Shown piece by piece: positions 39,269 to 51,622 of a stretch of 64,000 nucleotides of DNA. The stretch is from Gordius albopunctatus (taxonomy: Eukaryota). Both the position numbers and the translations under genes were made by a program. The DNA lies in NCBI GenBank assembly GCA_964276515.1, contig OZ193909.1:20398001-20462000 (forward strand). Direction: 5' to 3'. The notes beneath the pieces are model-generated. The model saw nothing but the letters and a program-made list of their open reading frames with translations, searched no databases and was not told the DNA's origin. Position 1 is the stretch's first letter. Every line of letters starts with the position of its first letter.

Positions 39269-41021
39269 TTAGTTCTGTTCTACACCTTCATTTATGGAAA
39301 TTTCGCCTCCAGCCCAAGTTGACCAATCAAAGAGGTCCTCTTCTTCGAAAACGTCTGGGATGGTTTCGCTCTCAGGTGGCTCTCCCGATACTATGGATGG
39401 GACGGTGTATCTTTCAGGGGGGAGCCAGGTGCGTGATGGATAGTCGGCCGGGTTTTCTTCCGTCGGTATCCACTTAATATTGTACCTTATGGCCAGCAGG
39501 GCATTGAGCCCGTACTCCTTTACGAACCGTGAAATGAGTTCCTCGATAATTGGAGAGTTTGACCCCCCCCTTCATCAGGACGTAGTATGCGGTTGTCGAG
39601 TCGGTGCGGATCCTTGGGAAGGGGGTTCCTCCGAATCTAGCGACCAGGTACCCGTATATTGCTCCCAACGTTTCGCACAATGTGATGTGGGGATCCGGGG
39701 GGAGCGTGAAATTGAGTGCCGCGTCCTCGAACGTAATGGACAAGTTGCTGGTTCCCCATGTTATGCCGATGTGTTCGCTCGATGCGTCGGTGTAGACGGT
39801 TAGGTCCGGGGGAACGTATAATGGGATTCGTTGTCTCAGGGATGTAATTATGGCAAGGAGCTTGAAGCAGGCATGGTTCATGTTGAATAGCCTTGACCGG
39901 TCTGATAAGTACGCGTAGAAGGGAGCTAGAAGCTTTGACATACCTGTCAGGTTGTATAGGAAGTAGTTGAGCACTCCCAGTGCTTCCAGTAGGATTTGGG
40001 TGGGTGGTGGTGTGTTAGTCGCAAAGGCGAAGAATAGTATGTCAGCCGCGTATTCTAGTCTGGTGATCACCTGTGGGGTGCATCTGATCGAGTGGTCGAT
40101 GAATGATAGGTTTAGGCCCAGGTACTCGATGTCGCGTGTGGGAAGAATTGAGGATTTTCGTGCGTTTATCGTCAACCCCCACTCCGAGGCTAGAGTGAAC
40201 ATGGATTCTAGATCCTCTTGTACGTCTGCGTGTGTGTCTCCATATATCAGGATGTCGTCTAAATAGACGTTGTATTTGCACTTGCGTACTGCCTTTTTGG
40301 TGAGATCAGATACAACCATTTGTAGGACGTATGGGGAGTAGGACGCTCCCATGGGTAGAACCTTGTATCTGTATTTACGTGTTTTATATGTATAGGCGGC
40401 GAATTTGCGGGCCGATACGTTTAGCGGGATGCTGAAGAAGGCAGCTTTTAGGTCGATTTTGGCGACCCAATTTGCTCTGCTCAGCTGTCTAGATGTAAGG
40501 GGGATGGATGCCAGTTTGACCGGGTAGTGTATGTAATTTTTAGATACCTGAGAGAGGTCCGTAATTACCCTGGCATCCCCGTTGGTTTTTGGAATAAAGA
40601 ATGTTGCCGATTTTATTATTTCTTTCTCCGTTACTTCCACGACGTCTGCGTCGACCATTGTCTGAAAGTATTCCGGTTTTACTCTCGATATGGCTTTTCT
40701 CCGGGATGTGAGGAATATGCCATTATGTTCCCGAATTTTGTTCATATCGAATCTCGGGGTGAATCCCTTCCGGGCTATCCGCCTTGTGAATGGGGATTGA
40801 GAATGATGTGGCCGAAGTTTTGAGGTGGAAATGTCTAGCTGACCGGTGGGAGATGGGAGCTGGGGCTCTTTATTCCACCGGAAAATAGATTTGTGGAGGC
40901 CAAAAATGGGAAGCGTTTCCGATCCCATTTCCCGACCGAAGGCGGCCTCCACCTGTTGTATACGCTGTTCGACTTCAGGGGCAAGAAAGAATATATTGGA
41001 ATAATCCATATTTGTAGGCAA
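39269..41021 (-). CDS. Reverse transcriptase-RNase H polyprotein; a 1-nt frameshift in the G8 run at 39563-39570 separates the last RNase H motif
   Basis: RT: FFIPKTNGDARVITDLS, KIDLKAAFFSIPL, KVLPMGASYSPYVLQ, VYLDDILI, GLTINARKS, IEYLGL. RNase H: VYTDAS, HITLCETLGAI, IRTDSTT. After removing one G: KGGSNSPIIEELISRFVKEYGLNALLAIRYNIKWIPTEENPADYPSR...EGVEQN* (stop at 39269-39271). Confidence 0.88.
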
Positions 41022-41193
41022 TTGGATCGCTCCCGTCGCCCCTGACGGGAGTTCAGATGGGGAAAAGATCCAGCGGCGCGTCTCCCTTATTTGGAAAATA
41101 ATGCGTGCGAGCCAGCGAGGGGACCTGGATGTGTTTCCCTTATCGAGAAGCGATACGCCCGAGGGCCCGACTTTCCAGGATCCTGCCAGAGCC

Positions 41194-41823
41194 TTAATTC
41201 TGCGCCTTACTCCTGGCAGAGGCCGGCGTCTTTTTGACGTGGCGGCTCTTTGGGAGGCTTCTGCCTCTGCCAGCGCCAGGAAATAACTGCCTTCTTGGCT
41301 GGACTACCTCCAGGTTAGGGATATTCCAGTCTTCTGCGAATGACTTGTCGTTCCTGATTGCTGTGGCCCAATTGAAATTGATTGCCGTAGCGAGTGTCGT
41401 GAGGCGCGCTGTGGTTTCTTTAAGTAAGGCTTCAGGGGATTCCTCTGATAAGGTTTCCGCGACCAGGAATATGTATTGACTCTCTTTCCTGTCTCTTTGT
41501 GAGACCTTGGTCGGGAATTGTGCCATGAGATCTTTCAACTTGTTGATTTTATCTTCGATCTCTTTTAGCTTCTCCGCCGGGGTCTTTTGGACCGGTTCCG
41601 GCTGTACTATGTTTATAGCGGGCGGAGGAGCGGCTCTTTGGACATTAAGTTGTTGGATGAGGGTGGCAATTGTTTGCTGTGACTGGTTGAATTGTGCTTG
41701 TGCCCTCCTATTTTGGTCCGCTATGACCCTTAGGACTTCTGTCATGTCCGGGGGGTCTTCCCCCCTACCCGACGGAGTTGGAGAGCCGTCCCTAGATGAG
41801 CTCTCTTCATGTGGAGGGGGTTT
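41194..41823 (-). CDS. Gag/capsid-like ORF1 of the RT-RH element (open to the gap; first ATG at 41745 gives 183 aa)
   Basis: Gln-rich and coiled-coil segments (AEKLKEIEDKINKLKDLM), a helical RLTTLATAINFNWATA segment and a basic C-terminal tail (GRGRSLPKSRHVKK..RSK). It lies directly upstream of the RT frame. The function is inferred from position. Confidence 0.6.
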   Translation of the reverse strand, partial: KPPPHEESSSRDGSPTPSGRGEDPPDMTEVLRVIADQNRRAQAQFNQSQQTIATLIQQLNVQRAAPPPAINIVQPEPVQKTPAEKLKEIEDKINKLKDLMAQFPTKVSQRDRKESQYIFLVAETLSEESPEALLKETTARLTTLATAINFNWATAIRNDKSFAEDWNIPNLEVVQPRRQLFPGAGRGRSLPKSRHVKKTPASARSKAQN

Positions 41824-42023
41824 NNNNNNNNNNNNNNNNNNNNNNNNNNNNNNNNNNNNNNNNNNNNNNNNNNNNNNNNNNNNNNNNNNNNNNNNNNNNN
41901 NNNNNNNNNNNNNNNNNNNNNNNNNNNNNNNNNNNNNNNNNNNNNNNNNNNNNNNNNNNNNNNNNNNNNNNNNNNNNNNNNNNNNNNNNNNNNNNNNNNN
42001 NNNNNNNNNNNNNNNNNNNNNNN
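41824..42023. other. Assembly gap (200 N)
   Basis: Run of N. Confidence 1.
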
Positions 42024-44038
42024 ACAAATCTATTTTCCGGTGGAATAAAGAGCCCCAGCTCCCATCTCCCACCGGTCAGCTAGACATTTCCACCTCAAAA
42101 CTTCGGCCACATCATTCTCAATCCCCATTCACAAGGCGGATAGCCCGGAAGGGATTCACCCCGAGATTCGATATGAACAAAATTCGGGAACATAATGGCA
42201 TATTCCTCACATCCCGGAGAAAAGCCATATCGAGAGTAAAACCGGAATACTTTCAGACAATGGTCGACGCAGACGTCGTGGAAGTAACGGAGAAAGAAAT
42301 AATAAAATCGGCAACATTCTTTATTCCAAAAACCAACGGGGATGCCAGGGTAATTACGGACCTCTCTCAGGTATCTAAAAATTACATACACTACCCGGTC
42401 AAACTGGCATCCATCCCCCTTACATCTAGACAGCTGAGCAGAGCAAATTGGGTCGCCAAAATCGACCTAAAAGCTGCCTTCTTCAGCATCCCGCTAAACG
42501 TATCGGCCCGCAAATTCGCCGCCTATACATATAAAACACGTAAATACAGATACAAGGTTCTACCCATGGGAGCGTCCTACTCCCCATACGTCCTACAAAT
42601 GGTTGTATCTGATCTCACCAAAAAGGCAGTACGCAAGTGCAAATACAACGTCTATTTAGACGACATCCTGATATATGGAGACACACACGCAGACGTACAA
42701 GAGGATCTAGAATCCATGTTCACTCTAGCCTCGGAGTGGGGGTTGACGATAAACGCACGAAAATCCTCAATTCTTCCCACACGCGACATCGAGTACCTGG
42801 GCCTAAACCTATCATTCATCGACCACTCGATCAGATGCACCCCACAGGTGATCACCAGACTAGAATACGCGGCTGACATACTATTCTTCGCCTTTGCGAC
42901 TAACACACCACCACCCACCCAAATCCTACTGGAAGCACTGGGAGTGCTCAACTACTTCCTATACAACCTGACAGGTATGTCAAAGCTTCTAGCTCCCTTC
43001 TACGCGTACTTATCAGACCGGTCAAGGCTATTCAACATGAACCATGCCTGCTTCAAGCTCCTTGCCATAATTACATCCCTGAGACAACGAATCCCATTAT
43101 ACGTTCCCCCGGACCTAACCGTCTACACCGACGCATCGAGCGAACACATCGGCATAACATGGGGAACCAGCAACTTGTCCATTACGTTCGAGGACGCGGC
43201 ACTCAATTTCACGCTCCCCCCGGATCCCCACATCACATTGTGCGAAACGTTGGGAGCAATATACGGGTACCTGGTCGCTAGATTCGGAGGAACCCCCTTC
43301 CCAAGGATCCGCACCGACTCGACAACCGCATACTACGTCCTGATGAAGGGGGGGGTCAAACTCTCCAATTATCGAGGAACTCATTTCACGGTTCGTAAAG
43401 GAGTACGGGCTCAATGCCCTGCTGGCCATAAGGTACAATATTAAGTGGATACCGACGGAAGAAAACCCGGCCGACTATCCATCACGCACCTGGCTCCCCC
43501 CTGAAAGATACACCGTCCCATCCATAGTATCGGGAGAGCCACCTGAGAGCGAAACCATCCCAGACGTTTTCGAAGAAGAGGACCTCTTTGATTGGTCAAC
43601 TTGGGCTGGAGGCGAAATTTCCATAAATGAAGGTGTAGAACAGAACTAAACCCTTGCACGCACTATCATACGCACCTATAAAAGGAAAACCGCTGACTAA
43701 ACCAACGCTCTTTGGAATTTTCGCGTTATACGTTTTACCTTATAACACCTTTTCTCCCATTTATTCCTTACAAGTATATATAAATTTTCGCCACCAGCTG
43801 TTGTATCTATTACATTTATCGACGCGCGCGCCACTTCTCCTTCTTCGCATGATTCATGTCACACCTCGCTCGTCGTTCATAACTTAGTACTTTACACTTT
43901 GCTTGCCTGTAGTTATTTTTGTTTATGAGTATATTACTAATAAACGCTGTGGGGGATAACAGGGCATGCCCTGTCGGAACCCACAGGTCCAATCATAGAT
44001 GCCTAACAGCTATGATTGGATAAATAGGAAAGAGCTAA
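42024..44038 (+). mobile_element. Mirror copy of the RT-RNase H element (5'-clipped by the gap)
   Basis: Identical RT-RH translation at 42024-43444, same G8 run at 43348-43355, same 3' hairpins at 43947-44020. Confidence 0.85.
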
Positions 44039-46133
44039 ATGATGATTCTATAAAATTTTACCCATAATTTTTATAAATTCCAATTTATATAAAATGTCAT
44101 TTAGTCTAATGGTCGATTCATAATTATAAAACAAAACATTGCAAAAATATTGATAAATTTAAATATACTAATCCATTTGAAGGTCACTCGCTATTGAAAC
44201 AAAGTGTCCTCCCATCTATTTCATTTATAAGAGGTTTACTTTGAATTAAGTAAAATAATTATAACCGTTTCCTCCGTGCATGAGCATTCGGATAGAGCTC
44301 ATAATATACGGCAGTAGCCAGGATTGGATTAGGGGGGGGGCAATAATGATTTAGGGAAGTGCAAAATGATATTTTTTGAAATTTTAGCCAGAATTATATG
44401 AAATTTTGAAGATTTGTTGGATTTAGAGGGGGGGCAGTCGCCCCTCTTTGCCACCCCTGGCTACGTCCATGTTAATCCCTAAAGGTTCACTTAATCTACC
44501 GGAGAAAAAGAGTCCTTTATAGTTACACTAGTGTTGTAAAAAGACCGGAGTGCTGTTTAGTCGACCTCAAAAAAAGACCTCGAGCCCGAGTCGAAATTTG
44601 AAAAGGCAGACCAGAGGATTCGGTCTACTTCTGTTAAGTCAGCCCATAGTTTTAATTTAACCAAAGTTCGACTAATCAAATCCCAGCTCTTTTTACAGCA
44701 CTAATAGTAGTTACTATTTTTTTTATTTCAAAAAGTTTACTTTATGTTATTAAAATGCTTTTATTAGATAAAAATAATCCACGAAATTTGCAGTAAACGA
44801 GCATAAAATGATATAAATAAAAAATTATTAATCCGAAGAGCCATGTTGTGTCAGAGTTCAGATTTATTATAACTATATTTTTCGATTAAAACGCTAATTT
44901 TTTGAGGTAAAATAAAGCTGCCTGAGTATTTGGCTTTAGGGATTTCTTTCCTATCAATTTAAAAAACGCTAATGCTTTCTTGCCAAAAGTGGCGCAACAG
45001 GAAACTACTATGGGGATAAAAATTTTAGATTGAGCCATATCTCGGTATTTAAGTGTTTTTCCGATCTTCCGCCTAAGGGCTTGTAAAAATCGTTGCACGG
45101 GTTATAACATTGCCGTGTCTTAACTTCGAATTCACAGCAGCAGATTTACATTTCAGACGCATAATATAACAGCGATTCATCTCAAGAGTTGAAATGAACT
45201 AAAAAACGGTTTTAATTATCAAAAAACTAAATATTAATAATTAAAACCGAGTTTGACACGTGAAATCAAATCGGATATTTGATAAAGATAAATTCGCGCC
45301 ATTTGAATCTGAATCCGATATTAAGACAAGACCTAAGATAGTGGGTTGAACACATGGGCGTAACCAGCATTAGAGGGGCAATAATATTGGGGGGGGGGGC
45401 AAAATGAACATTTTTGAAATTTTAGCCATAATTTTAATAAATTCTTGAATTGAACTTGTTATTAAAAGTCGCGAAGATATCAATAGAGCCCTGAAAAATG
45501 AGATTTCTGCTGCCCGAACCCGGCCCGAGCCCGGCCCGAGACCGAAAGACTTTTTTATTTTTGGCCCGACCCGAACCCAAACCGATTTTTCAAATAAAAT
45601 TTTCGAAAAATTATATTTTTCAAAAATTTTTCACCATCTAAATATAAAATGCATTAGATTGTTATTACTCGTAATTTACAACTAGGATGAGTTTGAAATA
45701 AAAAATCCATTTTCACTCGTTACAATATATTAAGCTAATAATAATTTAAAGCTAAAAATTTAACTTTATAAAATTTATTTTTTACAGTTCCAAATAAAAA
45801 AACTTTTTGAAATATTTACTTATCTTATTTCTAAAGTTGTAACTTCTATGAATCTATTTAAATAATAGAATAAGATTCGCATTTCAGGTCAGTTATATTA
45901 TAACAGAGGAAAACGCTGAAGTTTCAGAGCTATATAATGTACGCTGTGCCAAGTAAGGTTATAATGTTTCAATAAAACTACTTAGCTTCTTTGCTTTGCC
46001 ACCGTTTTAAATATTTAGGTTATTGATATAAAATGAAAAAACAATGATAAAAGTAATTAAGAATCTAGAGAAATTTCCAAAATAAATTAATTAATAAAGG
46101 TAATCAGTCAGGCACAAAAACAATAATGGAATT

Positions 46134-48811
46134 AAAAAAGCGATGGGACTCTGCGATTATGTATAGACTACCGGTTTACGATAAATAAATACGCACAAGG
46201 ATTGCTGTACCCCTTACCCAAAATCGACAATTTGTTAAATAAACTCGACAACGCGTGTTATTTTACGAAGCTGGACCTTACGAAAGCGTACTTACAGCTG
46301 GAATTAGGGCCAGAGACGAGCCAACAATTGACGATCTCGACGCACAAGGGCTTATTCAAGGTTAACCGGATGCCGTTTGGTTTAAATTGTGCCGCGGCTA
46401 TTTTCCAAAAACAATGGACCAAATATTAGGAGGCATGGAGGGGGTAGCGGTATACATCGACGACATACTAATTGCAGGGGAAACGGAAAAAATTCACAAT
46501 GGGCGGTTACTCAAAGTACTAGAAACGTTACAAAAGTGGGGGTTCGTGCCAAACATTGCCAAGAGCAACTTGTGGGCGAAGGAAGTAACCTTTTTGGGAT
46601 ACGTAATAAGTAACAGTGGGATTCAAATCAACGACAATAAAGCCGAAATAGTCAAGCAGTGGAAAAATTTAACAAACGAAAATGAAATAAAATCCTTCCT
46701 GGGGTTAACAGCATACTTTTCAAAGTTCATTAAGGACTACGGCAAAATTGTGCACCCGATTCAGAAACGAATGAAAAAAAATGTGGTGTACCACTGGGGG
46801 GAGAACAAGGCGCATTTGAAGCTATCAAGTCCGCACTTACGAAAGGCCCCGTACTGGCGTACTTTAATGGAGATTGGGAGACTGGCCTGGTCGTAGACGC
46901 CTCTGGTACAGGGTTAGGGGCCATCTTACAGCAACGAGCACCAGGGGAGAATTGGAGGGTGGTGGCCTATGCGTCAAGAGCGTTAAACGATAGCGAAAGC
47001 CGGTATGCGACGATCGAACGAGAGGCTCTGGCGGTGGTGTATGGACTAAAAAAGTTCAATGAATTTATACAGGGACGAAGCGTAACTATTATGACGGATC
47101 ATAGACCGCTAGTATATATATTTTATCAGAGCAAAAAGGGCAAGGAACAATGGTCACCTCGTCTAACTAGGTGGGCGCCCATGGTATCAGGCTACACGAC
47201 CAGGTTCGAGTACAACAAGGGAGCCGAAAACGCGGCAGATTTCTTGTCCAGGAAACAGAACGAACACGCGTATCAGGTTACCGAGGAAATCCCAGAAGAC
47301 TCGACGAATCCGTTTATTTCATTGGACGTAGTAAGACAACGCACCTGGGAGGATCCGGGGCTACGTCAAGTAAAAGAGTGGATTAAAGGTAAACAAAACA
47401 CAATGGTCACGGGTGGGCTAAAACGCACCTACGAAAAACACCTGCCAAAGTTGCATGAGGCCAAGAGCATAATATATTACAAAGGGCGACGAATATTAAT
47501 TCCGGCTAAGTTACGAGGAGCGGTACTACAAAGACTACATAGGGGCCACGTGGGTATCAAGCGAATGCAAGAAGTGGCGCGGCAGTATATATGGTGGCCT
47601 ACTCTCGACGAGGACTTATTGAGCGTAGCGAAAGGATGCCGGAATTGCAATTACACGGCCACGGCGGCGAAGAAGGCACCGTTGATAGAGTGTCAACCTA
47701 GCCAAAAACCATGGGTCCAAGTACATATCGATATCATGGGGCCTCTCAAGGGTAAATAATACCTCGTGATGGTGGACAATAGTTCGAAATGGGTAGAGGT
47801 GTTTAAGTTAGAAGACACCACATCGACAACCATTATAAAAAAACTTGCCGAGACGTTTGCGAGATTTATAAATCCACCATGGCTAATATCAGATAATGGC
47901 CCACAATTCAAAGGACAGGATTTACAAAACATTTGCAAGATGAGAGGGATTAATCAGCGATGGACAGCTCCGTACCATCCTGCGTCGAACGGTTTGGCAG
48001 AAAGATACGTACGATTAATGAAAGAAGCCATCATGAGGAACGAGTCGGAAGTAGGGATAAATAGATTTCTGGAAAACTATAGATCGACAAAACACTCCGC
48101 AAACAATAAAAGCCCGGCAGAGATGATGTTAAAAAGGCGTATGCGAACCGAATGGGAGGTATTAAGGGAAACTGTACCAAAACAATGGGTAGAGACCGGG
48201 AACCCACGAATGTTCAACGTAGAAGCCTTGGTTTGGGTACGCATGTTCCTGGGTCCAAGCAAATGGGTAGAAGGCACGATAAAAGCCAAACAGGGGAGTC
48301 GTTCCTACGATGTATGGACACAGGGAAGAAAGCACCACCGACACCTGGATTAAGTAAGGAAACGGAGAATCCTGGATTGGACCACGCTGGGACAAGAGAA
48401 CGGGTGGCCACACAAAGAATATCATCAGAAAGGGAAGAGGGAACAAATGCGCCAAGGGAACAAATGCAAAACAGGGGAACAAGTGCGACAAGGAAACAAA
48501 GCCAAAACCAGGCAGGAACACCTAGGGAAGAACTGAGATACCCACAGCGTAGCCGGAAACCGCCAGCATTCCTTAAGGATTTTGTCTGAGAAAAGGGGGG
48601 AACTGTAGAGAGGTAATAGGAGTGCGAAGTGCCTCCGGGGATACGTTAGTTACCGGCGTTTTTACGTTATTGACCTGCGAGTTGTCGATCAAATTATCGT
48701 TAATTGGTTGTAACTTATATATTCGTTTGTTATATACGGTGATGGTCACTTTTTCGATTATTGTATCCCAGTCCTAATAGTTTATGTGAATAAAGATCCA
48801 GCCCTTCAACA
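46134..48811 (+). mobile_element. Mirror copy of Gypsy B (3' LTR 48604-48811)
   Basis: Mirror ORFs 46202-48353. Confidence 0.92.
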
Positions 48812-49994
48812 GTTATAGAAGCTAGACTCCGAAAAATAATATCAATAGATGAACGAAAATTTGAGTTGATGCCTGGAAAGTCGACTTCAGATGCAATACA
48901 TGGTCTTAGGAGACTTATAGAATTATATAGGGAAAAACAAAAGGATCTTCATATGAGTTTCATCGATCTTAAAAAAGCTTTCGATAAAGTGCCAAGGCAG
49001 TTGATATGGGATTGCCTGAGTTCCAATGGTGTACCCGACGCTTATATAATGTTAATAAAGGATATGTATAGAAACGCAAAAACCAAAGTTCGGACATCCA
49101 GTGGTACATCAAAGGGATTCAGTCTAAATATTAGTGTGCATCAAGGATCGACCCTATGTCCATTGCTCTTCATAACAATAATGGATTCGATAAAGAAGGA
49201 CCTGAAACGCGGATCACCTTGGGCAATGCTCTTTGCGGATGATATCGTCCTGTGCGCATGCTCAAACTTGGAATTAGCAGAGCAGGTAAAAGTGTGGATG
49301 GAACGAATTGAAAGCAAAGGCCTTAGGGTCAACTGAAATAAAACTGAATATGTATGCTCGGAGTCAGGAATGAATACAGAGAAACACACCTGCAAATAGA
49401 TGACTGGTGTTTAAGCACCAGGAAAGAATTTAAATATCTTGGCTCTAGGCTACAATGTGATGGAGGTGTGGAAAACAAAATTAAGGCAAGAATAAACGCA
49501 GGCTGACTAAAATTCAGGGAGTTGAGTGGTGTCCTATGTGACAAGCACATAACACTAAAATTGAAAAGAAGGTTATATAACACCGTTATTGTACCCACGG
49601 TATTGTATGGAGCGGAAACCTGGGCAATTAAGGCAAAAGAGGAGCAAAGCTTAGCTACAATGGAGATACGAATGTTGATATGGATCTACGGAATAAGCAA
49701 AAAGGACCATATAAGAAATCAAGACATAAGGGATAAACTAAATGTAGTTCCGATTCAGAAAAAGTTGGTGGTAAGAAGATTGAGATGGTATGGCCATTTG
49801 GACAGACGGGAGGAAAGTCACTTGGCAAATCGTATCAAGAAAGTGCAAGTCGAAGGTAAGCGAAAGAGAGGGAGACCTAAGCTGACATGGAAGCATAAAA
49901 TAGATATGGACTTAAGAAGGTACGAGCCAAAGCGAAGCTGGTGTAAGTGCAGGAATACATGGAGAACCTACTTGAAGTAGCTGATCACTAAATG
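48812..49994 (+). mobile_element. Mirror copy of the RTE-B fragment
   Basis: Mirror ORFs 48866-49336 and 49522-49980. Confidence 0.9.
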
Positions 49995-51622
49995 CAGGCG
50001 CGTAGCCAAGGGGGCAGAAAGTGGGATGTTTCTGGCCCCTTGACCAAAATTTGGATTTTTTTTTGTTTAATAATTAGATTAAATGGGTTAAAATATTATA
50101 GTTTAGTTGCATAAAAGATTTTGAGACACGTATAAAAGTCTAGAAACATAATATATACATTCAATATTTAGAATTTAATTTTCGACTTCCACCATTGATT
50201 GTAAATTATGAAGAGAGTTTGTATACAAGATTTTTTCCTCTTTAAAATATGGTATTTCTAGTAAGTGACTTAGGCTTTTATTTTATGTTTATATAGTATA
50301 GTTATAGTAATTGATTTCTTATATATATTAATTGTTATAAATATTGTGATTACATTGCCAATTTTAAACATAATTAAGCAATGAGCATTGTTGACTACTA
50401 ATATTTATGTTATCTATTCTGTATATATACAAATTTTACCAAATATAATTTTTACATCCTCCGACCAAAGGGGGGGGGGAATTATTTATTGGTTTCTAGT
50501 CTGGGGATTATTTATTTGTACGATTATTCACCAAATCTGTGATACTCCAAATACTAGTTTATTCACTCAAATAACTATGATACAATTCCGGACACGATAT
50601 ATAATTGAAGTATTCGGCAATAATTGTTAACAAGACAATAATAGCGCAGGAATATAATTTCTAGCGATTACAGGGGGGGGGGGGGATTGGGTTTACAATG
50701 GAGAAATTCTCATTCTACGGGAGAAAATCCTATTTTTCTCTGGAGTATCGATTTTGCTGGAACTTATTTAGGTTTTTGATTTTCTTGGCCTGTATCCTTA
50801 TCCTTGAAACTTCTTTTCTTTCTGACCCATTTTCCCGCGCCAATTCCGTGATGAATGGCCCTTCGCTTCCAAGGCTTTTCCACGTCCTTTGGAACCCTCA
50901 GCTGACAGTTCTAGGTAGTGATGATCAAAACCTAGGTTTTGATCAGGCAACCTGAAGGTTCAGGTTGGGGATAAAATTGACCTGAAGGTTTTTCAGGTTG
51001 ATTTTTGGGATCAACCTCAGGTTAAGGTTCGGGTGTTCAAAAACCTTGCCAGGTTTTAGAACGCCAGAACCTAAAACCGACCTGAGGTTGAACCTCGGGA
51101 AAACCTGACCTATGTTTTGATCATCACTAGTTCTAGGTTTCCCCTACCTTTCTTATGCCAATTCGATATTTATTCCCAGGTTGTGTCGTACCCTTGCTTC
51201 CTTCTGCTACTTCTTTCAGGCCAAGTCTTAATTTATAGCTGTGTTCTTGTACCATTTAACTACCAACCCAAATTTTGGTAACCTTCCTTCTCCCTTCCTT
51301 TGTTTTTCCTCTTATCACATGTCCATGCCTTATAAGGACTGGTTCCCTTTTTGAGAGTTTCTCATGGATATGACAATTATAATTTCTAGAGTATTTAAAT
51401 TTGTTCAATGAAGAAGATTCAATTGAAACACTCACATCTATTGTTTTAAACAATAATATTGATAAAAATGTCTCAACTATTCTAAAATCAAATGGTATAT
51501 GTAAAATTGTCTTTTTTACTTTATTTAAAGTTAATTAAAATTTATAAAATGTTAATTGAAATAATTCAAAAATAATCAGTAAACCAGCAGCCGTATGACA
51601 TATCTTTGTATGTTAACACCAT

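Larger units (their letters stand above)
21778..40894. repeat. Left arm of a ~19.1-kb near-identical inverted duplication (partner 42024-61141)
   Basis: Every ORF in this interval has an opposite-strand twin with coordinates summing to ~82916-82919. Confidence 0.98.
38880..41823 (-). mobile_element. Atypical RT-RNase H retroelement (DIRS-like/hepadnavirus-like RT) with no visible integrase or tyrosine recombinase; 5' end lost in the gap
   Basis: GC-richer island with a gag-like ORF1, an overlapping RT-RH ORF2, then ~390 bp non-coding with a TATA box, AATAAA and two hairpins before AT-rich host-like DNA resumes. Confidence 0.85.

Noticed and set aside
41507..43444. 645-aa plus-strand ORF, and the 292-aa minus-strand ORF 41194-42072, spanning the N run
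   Set aside because: These are chimeras created by translating through the gap between two oppositely oriented contigs. The N-terminal part of the 645-aa ORF is just the antisense of ORF1.
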